Notes: a model not told the origin generated them from the letters alone. A stretch of 64,000 nt of DNA from Psilocybe cubensis (GCA_017499595.2 CM039008.1:1612001-1676000), one strand, 5' to 3'. Positions 1 through 13,034 are shown, counted from the stretch's first letter. Made by a program: numbers and translations.

Positions 1-4
1 TGTT

Positions 5-3000
5 TTGGCGACACGACGAGCACTTTTCCGGGCAACCGCAGAGGAGGGATGTGACATGGCAGAGCATATCGCAAAGCTACGTCAATTCCAGGAGGAGCTG
101 CACATCATGGGCAGCATTGTTTCGGACAAAGATTTCGTCATGATTTTGCTCACCTCGTTGCCGGAATCTTGGGAGAATTATGCGTCATCCTTTTTGGGCT
201 CGAGCGGGAATCGTCCTACGCTCACTTCGCAAGAGCTTGTTGGTGTTCTCCTTGAAGAAGCTCGTCGTCGGAAGGAGCGTGGAGGTGATGGTGCCGGAGG
301 GACTACGCTTCAAGTTCGTGGAGGTCAAGGGTCGTCGGATGGAAAGGGTAATGGTTCGAGGGATGGCAGCGGCGGGAAGGAGTGCTATAATTGCCACAAG
401 ATGGGGCACATTTCGAAGGATTGCTAGGCGAAGGGCGGAGGTCGTGAAGGAAAGGGTCCAAGGGGGCGGAAGACGAAGAATAGAGGGCGGACGAATCAGG
501 CTCGGGAGGACGTCAACACTACGCTCAACGATGAGGTTGCGTACCACACGTACTCGACGTCGAACTTCTCTCGTTACGACTGGCTTTACGATTCTGCAAC
601 CACCAGTCACGTTTGTCCCGTCCGTGAAGCCTTCATCGAGTATACACCACTTGTTAATTCCTCCGTTCGTGGTGTCGGAAAGAGTCCAGCTATCATTGCA
701 GGCCGCGGAACAGTCATCCTCAACTTCGATGTCGACGGGCAGACGATTACTCATCGTTTGAAAGACGTTTTACACATCCCTGAAGCCGAAAATGCTTTGA
801 TGTCGCTCGGAAGGTTTGAGAGGGATGGGAGGAGCTCGTCGTTTAAGAATGGGAAGGTTCTTTTGATGGATGCGAAGGATAAGGTTATTGGAAAAGGGTC
901 AAAATGCGGTCAGATGTATATTCTTCACGCTCGCGCTCAGCTTAATTCAGGGGAACAGGTCAACTACGTCTCGCCGAAACTCACCTGGGATCAATGGCAT
1001 CGTCGTTTTGGCCATATCTCAGTGTCGTTGTTGCAGAAACTCGTCCGGAACGATCTCGTCGTTGGTCTTTCTGTGGACGAAACGTCTATTCCATCCCCAT
1101 CGTGCGAGGCGTGCATCCAAGCGAAGCAGACGCATAAACCTTTCCCTGGAGAAGCAGAAAATCGATCCACGGTTCCTGGAGAGCGAACCATGAGCGACAT
1201 ATGGGGTCCTATCGGAACACGCTCGGTAAATGGATTTTATTACTACATTACGTTTATGGACGACGCGAAGCGATACAACGGCGTGGTTTTCTTGAAGGAC
1301 AAGAAGGAGGCGGCGAAGGCGATTGAGAATCATGGGGAGCGAGTGAAGAGGAGGTTTGGGCAGTATCCGAGGTACATTTGCATGGACAATGGCAAGGAAC
1401 TCGTGAACGAGCGGATTAAGAAGTGGGCGGCGGAGAGAGGCATTGAAATCGAGACGACGGCGCCATATTCCCCATCTCAGAACGGCGTCGCAGAGCGCTA
1501 CAATCGTACGCTGTTGGAGCTAGCACGTGCGATGATTATTGCAAAGAATTTACCTCTCTTTCTCTGGGACGAAGCGGTCAATTATGCGAATTATTTACGC
1601 AACCGCGCGCCTACTCGAGCACTCGACGACAAGACACCATATGAAGGCTGGCACAACAAGAAACCGGATGTTTCTCACCTTCGGGAGTTCGGATGCGATG
1701 TATGGGTGTTAGACGAGACGAAGGGGCTTTCGAAGCTCAAGCCACGGTCGAAGAAGATGGTATTCGTTGGTTTTAACGAAGGCTCGAAGTCTGTGCGTTA
1801 TTACAATCCCAAATCGCGCACAGTGAAGTCATCGCGAAACGTATCGTTTAACGAAAACAAAACGCCGCAGAACGTCGAAATTCCTGGATTATCGTCTGAG
1901 GGGGAGCGTAACGAATCGACAGACGTTAAATCCAGCGAAAACGAGCCAGAAACCGTCAAGAACGAACCTATTTCGTCTACAGCACCAATTCCACAGCCCA
2001 GCATACGTCGATCAGCTCGTGAACACAATTTCATCGATTACAAGAAGGCAAACAACCCGAATGCTCGTTTACCGACTACACGATCCCAAACGACTCCAAA
2101 CGCACCACAAATCGCTACAAAATCGACCGAGACCTCGAGCGCAAAGTCTACAGCAACGGAGCAAGCAAACGTCGTCAAAGAACAGCTGTGGGGCGCGATT
2201 TTAGACGATTCGGAACGTGTCTTTGCCATGCGCGAATCGGACGTACCTCGGACACTTGAAGAAGCTTTGGAAAGCTGTGAGGCAGCTGCGTGGAAGGCAG
2301 CTATGGACGAAGAAATCGAGACGCTTTTACGGATGGGTACTTGGGAGATGATGAAGATTCCGGATGGAAGGAAACTGGTTGGATGCCGTTGGGTCTACGC
2401 GAAGAAACGGGACAAAAACGGGAACGTCATCAAGTACAAGGCCCGACTAGTCGTTCAGGGATGCTCTCAGAGACCTGGTACAGACTACAGCGAGGACGGA
2501 ACATTTGCACCAGTCATGCAATTCGACACGCTACGCTCCATCGGCAAAAGTGACCAGACCCCCAAATGCCTTTGATGCCTTTTACGGTAGGTCAATGTTT
2601 CATGTGACACGATAATTTCCCACGAAACATTTGAACAAAATTTGGAGGCGCCGCAAACATTTGGAGGGCATTTTGAGACTCTACAAACATTTGTGAACCT
2701 CGAAATTTATTAAAAATGATTTCGTATGCTTAAAGTCAATTTTTAATCATTTATTTGCCATAAAACATTACAAAAAACATTGAACAACAATAGAAACAAA
2801 GCACAAAACCTTGAATTCAAATTTACATCCATCCAAATGATTACATGGATTGAAATACATGCCAAACAATTACAGGGATTGCAATTCACACAAAATGATT
2901 TTGCAAGGAGAAATTTTGCTGACCGTAGCATTATTACATGACGTCAAGTCGAGTCAATTTCCGCAAAACCACGCCAGTCCATGTACAAATTAAATCGGAG

Positions 3001-5059
3001 ATTGAACCTCAGTTTTCTGTATAATAACTTGAGACATATTCACGACACGGCCCCCAGTCCCTTTCTTTCCACTTTCATTTCCACCGCTCTGATGACTGTA
3101 CTTGCTAGTGCGAAACATGCTTGCACACAGAGCAGAGCTTGAAGGTAAAGCACTATTGTTTACTTGTCTCATTGGGCAACTCCAACTAACCAAGTTCCAT
3201 TTCCTCTACCAGTACCTTGAATGACTATACAGCCATTTCTGTTAACTTAAATGTGAGTATATGCGCATATATGTGCATTTGACACGCATATATTTTACAT
3301 TTTGCTTACTATGATTCAATCGTTCTAGATCTTCTTCAATCAAATTATGCGAGTTATGGTAACCTTTTCACACGCTTGCCCGTTGGCTGTGTAGTCACAA
3401 ATCATATTGTTTCTGTGTAGCCTCTGTTGTATTAGAATCCTATTCAATGAAATTTCTCCTTTGATTACTATTTATATTGTGTGATTGCCTGAAGTGGCTG
3501 CTAGGAATAAAATATGAGCATTAGTGTGTGAACCAATTAAAATTTTGGGTCTCTCAAATGTTGTCCAAATGTTTTCGGGACTCTCAAAGGTTATCCAAAT
3601 GATTGGGTTATATTTAGAGCTACCTAAAACATTTGGTTTGAATCAAGGATTCGGAGTCTTTTAGACTTCCGAGTCTCTAATTAGTCAATATAAAAGGCCA
3701 TTTGGGCCTTGGGGCCTTTGGACGCCTCCAAATGCCTTGGCAAGGCATTTGGGGATCTTGTCCTTTTTGCCGATGTCGCTACTCGCATATTCGGCCGTAC
3801 ACAATCTCAAGATGCGTCAATTTGATATAAAGGGTGCATATTTGCACGGTTACATCTCGGAGGAGATTTATATGGTCCAACCACCCGGTTATGACGATGG
3901 CACTGGTCAGGCATGCCGTCTCATTCGTTCGCTTTACGGTCTCAAGCAGGCAGGAAACGTATGGAACCATGAACTCGATAATGCTCTCACTTCATTTGGT
4001 TTTACGAAACTCAAGAGCGATTACTGCTGCTACATCCGTCGAGCTGAAAACGGCGATTTTACAATTTTAGTTACCTGGGTGGACGACATAATCAGTTTCT
4101 CAACGAACGACTCGCTCAACGACCAGCTGGAGCGTGAATTAGGCTCGAAATTCGACGTTAAATCGATGGGTCAGCCCTCGATGATGCTAGGATTCAAGCT
4201 CGAGCAAAAGGACCATTACATTTCGCTCTCGCAAGCACACTACATCGACAAACTCCTCGAGAAGTTTGGTTTACAAGACGCGAACCCCGTTTCGACGCCT
4301 ATGGACCCGAACGTGCGATTGGATAAGGATGAAGGTGTTCGGGAGGATGGAGACGGTCAGGGGGAGGTTAATTCGCGTTTAGGATTCAGTTATGCAACGG
4401 TCATCGGCTCGCTCATGTATCTGGCACTCGGAACTCGTCCAGACATCGTGTTTGCGGTATACAAACTCGCGCAATTCACCAGCAAGCCAAAATCGACTCA
4501 TTGGACCGCTGTCAAACGTATATTTCGCTATCTGAAGGGCACGCGCAATCACAAACTCACTTACGGCGGCGATTCGCAAGTTTTGGACGTAAATCTCAAT
4601 GTTTATTGCGACGCCGATTGGGCTGAAAACTACGATCGGAAATCGACTAGCGGATACGTGGTTACTATAGCAGGCGGCGCTGTGGCATGGAGCTCGAAGA
4701 AACAGAATACGGTCGCACTTTCAACCGCTGAAGCCGAATACGTTTCCACAACACATGCGGCGAAGCAAGTCTTATGGCACCGCTCACTCTTCACGGAGCT
4801 CGGTTTCCACATTCCATCGACGTCAACCATCTTTACCGACAATACGGCAGCCATTTCAATTGCGCATCATCCAGAATTCCATGCCCGTACGAAGCACATT
4901 GACATTGCATTTCATTTCCTACGCGACTTGGTGGAGAAGAAGACGCTCAACACTGTTTACATCAACACTTCAAACAATTTGGCGGATATATTTACGAAGG
5001 CCTTACCTCGAGTTGCACACGACGGTTTCATTTTGCAGTTGGGAGTTTTGGCCGACTAA
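5..5059 (+). pseudogene. copia gag-pol polyprotein broken by an in-frame TAG (425-427) and an insertion (2539-3775)
   Basis: ORFs 5..427 and 758..2575 are in the same frame, with no other stop between 428 and 757. Removing 2539-3775 plus one TC copy restores ...FDTLRSLLAYSAV... into the 3737..5059 ORF. Confidence 0.93.
2539..3775. mobile_element. Non-autonomous TIR DNA transposon (CMC/CACTA-like) nested in the copia RT
   Basis: Left end CATCGGCAAAAGTGACCAGACCCCCAAATGCCTT versus reverse-complemented right end CATCGGCAAAAAGGACAAGATCCCCAAATGCCTT (30/34 identical). TC flanks both sides (2537-2538, 3776-3777). The interior is AT-rich and non-coding, with subterminal AACATTTG/CAAATG repeats. Confidence 0.93.
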
Positions 5060-5066
5060 GGGGGAG
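5058..5066 (+). other. Polypurine tract of the copia element
   Basis: AAGGGGGAG overlaps the pol stop codon and directly precedes TGTTGG. Confidence 0.9.
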
Positions 5067-5247
5067 TGTTGGAATGATAGTCGGCGAGCGACTTCGTCGC
5101 TAAGTCGTTATCTTTCTCTTGTAGTTTATCTTATCATATTTTTTCTAGATCATTCTACTACAGGTTCCGTAGCTACTGTAGGTACAGGTGTATAGTTACG
5201 TCGTGAATCGATATCTTTTACCACCACTGCGCATTTTACTTACAACA
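5067..5247 (+). repeat. 3' LTR (~181 bp)
   Basis: Starts TGTTG immediately after the PPT and ends CAACA (terminal inverted repeat). The end point cannot be confirmed without the 5' LTR. Candidate TSD is GTAAC (5248-5252). Confidence 0.75.
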
Positions 5248-5618
5248 GTAACCCAGAACTGTCTTAACATCGCCGATTCTATATCTTATCACACTCTCGG
5301 ATGACATGGGGTTGTAGGTTATTCGGTTGGAAAATACTGTCCCTGTAATTGAGGCTTAATAATCTGAATTTCACATAGTCAGAAGGAATTCGTCACCGAG
5401 CCTGCCACTGATTCTTGGTGCTTCATCAAGGCGCTCATGGGGCGACGGTGACAAATGTCATTAGCCCAATTTGGATTGGTGAGGTCATTTATGTCAGTGG
5501 CATGCCACGTTGAGCCCTGTCAAACATATAAATTGTCCAACGCATCTGCGTACACCATTCACAACATTGCAGTAGATATTTCTCGAAGTACCTCAGCTTC
5601 TAGTCATATATCGCCATC

Positions 5619-6963
5619 ATGCCCTGGAATGAGTGCAAACTTAACGATGGCAGGTCAATTAGAGACATATTTGCACTTGCAGACTGAGTATTCTTCATTT
5701 GTAGGTTATTCGATGCCTAGCATTGCGTGAGTTAGTTTTTGATTCAGCTTTGAAGTAGACATAGATCCTAACCTAACACTAGCTATGGCACATGGAGATG
5801 GGACGACAGTGATCTAAAGACAAGAAAATCCGTCGACTTCGCGAAACAAGCATTCTCTGTGGGCATACGTCACCTGGGTGCGATAGCCTTTGGCTCCTTG
5901 GGTATATAGGCGTGCTCACCGTGATCTTAACTGGATAAGATACTGCCCAGTACTACGCCAATGAGTTTGAAGCAGGGATCGCCATTCGCGAGACAGGCAT
6001 TCCTCGAGAACAAATATATGTTACCACAAAATGGAGCAAAGTGAATAACCTCGATATCACCACGTCGTGCAGAGATAGTCTGAAGGAGGCAAGTTACTCT
6101 ACCTTTTGACATACAGTGCTGGCATCTGATGGAGGTTTTTGTTACCATAGCTTGGCCTCGATTATGTTGATTTGTATTTGATCCATTGGCCTCATTTTTG
6201 CAATGATACCAGTATCGCAGCATGCTGGAAAGAAATGGAAAGACTGAAAGATAGTGGCTTAGCAAGGTAGGTTCTCGACATATTGCAACCTTCGTAAATT
6301 GCATACCACTCGAAATCTTTAGGAGTATTGGAGTCAGTAACTTCAAGGTAAAACATCTAGAAGAAGTCTTCGCCGTAGCAAAACATATACCTGCTGTTAA
6401 TCAGGTAACAGTTCAACTGATTGCAAATTAGGATCCGCTGACGAGCGCTGCACGCATAAAGATTTGCCTTCACCCATATGTATATGAGGAGCAACGCCCC
6501 ACACTTGACCTATGCAAAGAAAAAAACATTGTTATTGCAGCTTATAGCCCTCTCGAGTTTGTTTTTCGTGAAGAGTCAATACACCAACCAAAACTGATGG
6601 ATTGTCTATAGGCCTCTGAAGAAGAATCCGGAAGGGCCGTTGAAAAAGCCACTCAGTGAGATTTCTGATCGCCTTGGGGTTTCTATGGACCAGGTTCTGC
6701 TTGCTTGGATCAAGGCCAGGGGATACGTTCCCGTAACGTAAGTCATAACGCTGATTGACTCGTTTGCTAAAACCTTATTGTGTACCCAGGATGAGTACAA
6801 AGGAAGATAGGCTTCGAGGATACGTCAAAGCCGGAGATATCGGTGAGTTTTCTGCATTCCCATATGGCCAATGGTTGTGGGATTCATATGGTTGTCAACC
6901 TTTCCAGACCTTACGGAGGCCGACATTCGTGCTATCGACGAGGCAGGGGCGGCGGGACCTTGA
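5619..6963 (+). CDS. Aldo-keto reductase (paralogue 1), multi-exon
   Basis: Spliced by eye: [86 protein letters not shown]. The catalytic D/Y/K/H positions are present. Two introns need GC donors. Confidence 0.92.
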
Positions 6964-7134
6964 GCTTTTTCTTCCAGACAAGCGAATACCGACTTGAAAT
7001 CTTATATCAAACCTACTTTTTAACCTAGTCGGTGCAACAATGAGAATATAATGTCATGTTTACTAAGTACACTTAATGAAAGATCCTAGATCATCGGATT
7101 TGATTTCGGATTCAGAGTGCGTTGCCTTCTATAT

Positions 7135-8983
7135 CTACACCGGATCCCACAACAAGTCGTTCAAGGGCACGTCTACCTCCTTGGCCAGGAGTACAGCCGT
7201 TTCGTAGGATATAGAACATTTAAAATTAGGAGGGCCGTCCAACCTGTCCGCAGGAGTGGTCCGATGCAGAAGGCGCATAGAGGTAAGTTCAATGACCTAG
7301 CGAGCGATAAGCGATGGTGCGGAAACAACAGTGAAATAATAGTCACATACCGAAGAAAAAACCCCAACACGACCAATTTCCATGTCAGTATGCTCCCCAG
7401 CAATGTTAAAAAGGTCTGACGAGATTCGGGAGTCAGCGTCATTCTCTTCCAACAGTGCGCCCAGGATAGCAATCATACGATCAAGAGCAAAAGGCGTCGG
7501 GCCTAAGAGACGCTGTGATACCTGTACATACTTCGTGAATAACATAAGCACTAGCAAAAATGGCTCATAACATACCTTTGATGGGCCTTTCCCGCTCGGC
7601 TTGACAGCCTTTCTTTTCCTTTTCTTTTCGTCTAACCCTCTCCAGAACATGCGTATATCGGATTTCGGAGGGTTGGTAGAGGCCAAAAAGGATGCCAACA
7701 AGATAAACTTTGACATCCGAGGGAGACCCATTATACCCATCTGATCATGATATTCTGTCTGGATCGAAGGCAATTTGACCTGAAGAATCGTGCTGCCGGG
7801 CATGTTCAGCAGGTTAGGTGGTGGTTCGTTCGCCAGTGCCCAGTCAGTGGCGTTCGTCAGACGTGGAAGGAGGACTTCGAGGGCCGCTGAAATTGTGGGG
7901 TTGAAGAGCTTGTTGAGCCGCATCCTAGTGATTTCTGAGGGATTGTAGTTATTGGGAAGGTCAACTTCTATGTCTTCCAACTGGTCTAGAATTGGTTTGC
8001 AGAACCCTGGCCATCGTGCTGCTGCTATATAATGTAGTTCTTGAGGGTCATGTATGAATGAGAAGCAGATGTCACACAGGACGCTAGCGAAGTGGTCATA
8101 GAGTGATGTTAGGCCAGGGTGGTATGGGGTTGGTTGTGAAGAAGAGGTTGATATTGTAGCGAAATTTGAGATGAGACTTTGGACAACATCTTCTCAAAAG
8201 AATGAGCTTGGGTTGACGAAAGGTCAGGAGACAGGTCTTACTCTCTTTAGACGGAGATTGAACGTCGACGAAGTAAGGATCTGGGGATGCTCCAAGAGGT
8301 GGTCTGATATCCAGCCATCCAACCTGGGAGATGAACATTACGCATACATCAAGCCGCACCTGCAGTCAGTTTGTTAGTTACATTGGAAAAGTGAATGGCA
8401 CCCAATGACAGTCAGACGTGCTCACCAGCTCTGCGAGACGCGTCAGCGGAACCAGAAGTTCAGGAAGCGTTTCTTTCAGTCTCTCGACGCGCTCGACAAC
8501 GATGACGAGCCTCACATTATCATGACCTGAGTTAATTTGCTTCCCTTTGCCCTTATTCTTTCCGCTGCTAGTGCCGCCAGAAATCCCATTTTTCTTACAC
8601 AAGTGTTGATGTGCTGACCGAAGACCATGTAAAAAGCTGTCAAGGTTCTCATTCCACCGTACATCGCCATCTGTCGCTGACCAATTCTCACAACCGTCCT
8701 CCCAATCCGGTTCCCATTCCACCAGGCTATTGATGACGGATTCGTAAAATAATCTGGCGGTAAAGCATGCTATGCTGTCCACACGCGCGTAGTATATCTT
8801 CGAAGGACATTCCGATGCTGGTTGGTTGCGTAAGTCGCGTAAAAGCGCGTCGACGGCCCCCAGACTTGTGCCCAAGGCTTCTGTGTCCTGAACATATATA
8901 AAGGGTGGTGGATATGTCGACAGAAGAGTACTTATTTCGTACTGAAAACTTTCGTATCCGGGGTAAAGGCGTCTATCTCCCAT
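7135..8983 (-). CDS. ORC5: Origin recognition complex subunit 5, multi-exon
   Basis: N-terminal AAA-like region (PPFIYVQD, RLFYESVIN), then the ORC5_C signatures SKFILLASFLASTNPPKSDIRMF and PTPFALDRMIAIL. The last exon reads VIELTSMRLL..RLDG..FKCSISYE..LNDLLWDPV*. Confidence 0.88.
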
Positions 8984-9408
8984 ATAGATGTATGGTGCAA
9001 CCTCAGGAGATAAGAAGGACTAGCGTTCGAGATGATGAGGGTATGACACTGAGAGTCACCTAATCACGAGGGCCTCTTCTCAGGCTTGTTTGTGCCACAA
9101 TTGTTTTCAATCCCCGCCGTTTGATACGTACTTCTCATCAAGACTTTGCTTCGACCCCAACTCAACCTCAACGCCCCAACGCTCAACAACGATCGTAACT
9201 TTCAGTCTTCATCGGCCTTGCTTTTCTCCACTGTCAACCTTCAATTACTTTTATTCCATCGGTTACCTAAATCAAGAAAATATCAAACAAATAATGTCTG
9301 ATCATTTCTACTACTTGAAAGGTGCACAATATGTACATGACCAGCAATATTAATGATATCCTAGCGTCGGCGGGATAGTGTCCAGCCGCACCATTTAAAT
9401 GTGTCCCC

Positions 9409-10918
9409 TTAGACGACGTCGATGCCCAAATACGAGCAAACACCCAGGGCAATAGCGCCAGCAAAGAGAACTGCAGCTGTTCGTCGAACAATGGTGCGAG
9501 CGGTGAAGATACGCGTACCCTTCGCGCCAGCGTCGTCGATAGCTTTGATTTCATCATCGGTGAGAACTGAGCAATCAAAATAGCCGTAAGGATTGTCCAT
9601 TTAAAAAATTATGGATGTATGGAACTAACCTAGGTCGCCGGCTTCGAGGTAACCTTCGAGTCTGTACTTCTTGGAACTCGAGCTACAAAACAGAAGGAAG
9701 ATTAAGTTCTGAATGCCTGTACGTTGTTGGTCTTCATTAACTTACGTTAGGACCACAGCACCTTTCGCCTTGGCCCAGGCCAGCAAAATTTGGTCATCTG
9801 TCGCGTTGAGACGTTTGGCAGCTGCTTTAACGGGTTTATCAACAGGGCCCCCAGGGAATTGTGTGACTGGACTGAAGATGGAAAAGTCAGATTCAGAGTG
9901 CACACAGTAAATTGACAAGGTGTGTGGGGATGTGTGGGAATTTTCTGCGACATACATCAGCGGACTATAGGCCTCGTACACTATGCCCTTTTCGTTTAGA
10001 TATTCCAGAAGAGGTGCCTGTCGCTTGTAGGCATATGGATGTAGAATGATCTGTACAACAGAGGCGGAAATGACATTGTGACTCTGCTACAACTTGTAAA
10101 AGGCGTGCGCTACTTACCTGGTTCACGGCGGGAACAATCTTCGCAGAAGCCAATAAAGTATCTACATGTTCGATTTCAAAGTTGCTTATCCCAATGCTCC
10201 TGCGATAATGGCGCGCTTTAGAAATTTCAACATGTAAGGTGTATGCTATCATAGACCCACTTAACAAGGCCCGCGTTTTTGAGACCTTCCATTTGCCTCC
10301 ACGCAGTGGGAATATCCGGGACAGCGAGACGAGGGTGGTGGATGAGGTAAAGATCAATGTACTGCACACCCAACTATGATGGAACAAGCCAGGTTTAACG
10401 TGCTGGATTACAGACAAACGCTCCCTTGTCAAAACACGTACATTCTTCAAGCTGTTCTTGATGGAAGTCTCAATGTCCAGGCCATTGAGTCCGCTGTACT
10501 TGGTAGTGATGAAAATCTCGTCTCGTTTGAGTCCACTCTCATGAATCGCCTTGCCCGCCTCCTCTTCATTCCTATACGCCTGAGCAGTATCTGCATAGTA
10601 ATTAAAGCGTTAGCCATGATCACCTCATGTTGGTCGGACGCACCGATGTGATTGAATCCGACCGAGATAGCCTGGTCAACCTGGTCGACTGTTGTATCAC
10701 CGACTGGGATTTTCCAGGTTCCGAAGCTACAGAACAGAAAATGCGCCAAGAGCGAGTCAACCACTCTCCACTTAACAGATCCATAAACTCATACTCACCC
10801 AATACCTGGAATTTGATTGCCTAAACACATCCCAAGGCAACCAAAGCTCAGCCCCAGACGCCATCAGAGTAAAGTTGTGAAACTCGCCATCGTTAAACTT
10901 AATAATGTCCCAAGGCAT
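9409..10918 (-). CDS. Aldo-keto reductase (paralogue 2) with a C-terminal hydrophobic tail
   Basis: Exons MPWDIIKFNDG, FGTWKIP, SIGISNF..VPAVNQ, YEAYSPL, DQILLAWAKAKGAVVLT and IKAIDDAGAKG..RRTAAVLFAGAIALGVCSYLGIDVV*. Intron positions match paralogue 1. Confidence 0.9.
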
Positions 10919-11369
10919 CTTCGATTCACTGGGCGTTGGTGGAGAGTAATACTTCAGGTGCGTCGTCAAGGTTTGAAGACAAGGAGATAGCTGACGAAGC
11001 GACGAAAGCCACACATCTGCCAGGCGTGGAAACTCAGGTGCATAATGAGCGGCATGGTAATTTAGATCGAACTTCACAAGGGTCCACCCATTTTTAGAAT
11101 ATGATGTCGCCATCATGGTGGAGAATCAGCACTGAGTAGCGGTATCTCGTGACCGCATTTACTGGTTAGCTTGTTGTAGCCGACCAACTTTTAAAAGTGT
11201 TGAATATGAAGAAAAAGGGAGAGTGAGCTGGATACCTGGATGCACGAAGAACCACTAGGCTAACAGCATGAGAAATGTTGTAAACATGAGGATTGCGATA
11301 AATGTGTGAAATATACAGATTTTAGACCAAGTTTGGTCTAATTTTATACAAGGCTTCAAGCCAGGTCAT

Positions 11370-13034
11370 TTAATCTTTCGTAGCGTCAATTCTCTCGCTC
11401 GCATCGACCTCATATAGCACTTCAGTGCGAATAACGTATTTTGCACCTGATATAACGCCGCTTCCCTATAAATTCGTTAAATTTCAGATATATGAGCCGG
11501 GTATTCTCATAGTTTAGTAGCATAAAAAGAGTACACACGTACCTCATGCAACAGGCTTCCTTTGGCAGCGCCGTGGGGAAAGACGCAAACAGTACCGGTA
11601 CGTGGTTTTACGGGTCTGGCTTCAAGGATGCCCTGCGTGGAGGAAGGGAGAAAGAACGTTGTGCAGCCGCCATCGAAGTCATCATTAAGGTAGATAAGGA
11701 AGGTCAGCCTGGAGTATACTGTTGGGTCAGAGTCGTATACATATGTCGGCGGGTTAGTGGTGGAGTTTAGAGCGGATGATGGCCATGCACCGTCAATCTG
11801 TGATAGAATGGGATTCAAACTTTGAAATATGGTTGCTTAAAAATACAAACGCTTACATGTGGCCTGTACAGTGCACCAGGGCGATACCTGTACAACCTGA
11901 ATCGTGAGTTAATACCTTTCACTGCACCTCCGTGGACCGTCTGAGGAAGTAAATGAACAAGACGTTGATAGAGGGTAGTGATGAAAGAGGTATCAGCCAG
12001 CCAAATGAGATTGTGGGCAAGCACCGATGATAGCTGAGTGGCTGATCCAGCAATAGGTTCATCAGGTATGAGTCCCACTGATTCTGCAGCTTTTACCAGA
12101 GCCTCACATTCCTGGATCTCCAATGCGTCGTTAATAATGAATGCACCAGGGACTCCTGGAAGCTCGTGTCGCGTTGGTTGACGACTTCGTTCAGAGGATG
12201 GAAGGAGAGGGAATGTATTATCAGGAGAGAAGTAGATAATCGCAGGATGTTTGTTTGGAGGTCTGCGGTCAGGCCCTGGCGTGATTTGCAAAGGCACCAG
12301 AACTTTCGTAGCAGCGCTCGCAATGGCATCCGAATCAATATCTACGGTTCTTGCAGGCGGATCTGACTCTATTGTGAAGGGCGTGTACCAGCGCAACCGA
12401 CTTCCAGGTTCTATCTTTCCCCCATCTGAAGTGCTTGATTGTGCGATCATCTCTGGCTGTGTCGTCCGCAGAATGGCGTCCAAAACTTGCCACACTCTGT
12501 TTTCCTCTTGCTTCGACATCTTGGGAGACAGGACAGCGTCACACTCCCTCACCCATCGCTGGAGCGCACCTAGCTTAGGCACCTGTTCTCGAATTGCCAT
12601 CTCTGCCAGAAGCACGAGCGCATCGATGTGGCGCTGGTCGATCAGTGCTTTTGAGATGCGCGAGGTCAACGAGTTCCCTATGCAGCAGGTAAACGGCAAT
12701 GTAGGGACGCACAATTTTCAAGGTGGAAAACTCAAGCACCTGTTTGTGTTGCTTCGTTCGCGACCCGCCAGTAGTCGTGCACCGCGGTTTTGAAAGGTTT
12801 CAGTGCCTTCAAACCAATCAAGGATGGGTTGTTTGCAAGCATCAGCAGCGTGTCTGTCGTGGTCTCCAACTCATCTTCGTAAATAAGCCCTCCAATCATC
12901 CCTCCGGTCTGTACTAGGTTCACTGCTGCTGTCTCAGCTTTGCAGACGTCTAACTCGTTTTGCTTCAGTTTTTTCACTGTCTGAGGCAAAGTTTTCTCGG
13001 GGCCATTCTTTCGTTTCTTCGAGTTTTTTCCCAT
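11370..13034 (-). CDS. 2OG-Fe(II) dioxygenase (prolyl 4-hydroxylase-like) with a long N-terminal extension
   Basis: RFRLYRY..YRPH/IDG (HxD motif across an intron), TFLIYLNDDFDGGCTTF, LLHEG..AKYVIRTEVLY (distal His and 2OG-binding K/R). The N-terminus MGKNSKKRK is NLS-like. Confidence 0.88.

Larger units (their letters stand above)
1..5247 (+). mobile_element. Ty1/copia LTR retrotransposon (5' end lies outside the window), inactivated
   Basis: Domain order is gag (CX2CX4HX4C knuckle CYNCHKMGHISKDC), protease (WLYDSATTSH), integrase (WHRRFGH..CEAC; SDIWGP, MDNGKE, NGVAER), RT (LYGLKQAG, WVDD), RNase H (YCDADWA, EAEY, LADIFTK). Integrase before RT defines copia. A polypurine tract and LTR follow. 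Confidence 0.97.

Noticed and set aside
180-761. Long alternate-frame and antisense ORFs over the copia gag/protease region (180..761 +, 185..754 -)
   Set aside because: Shadows of the true gag-pol frame, which carries all the recognisable motifs.
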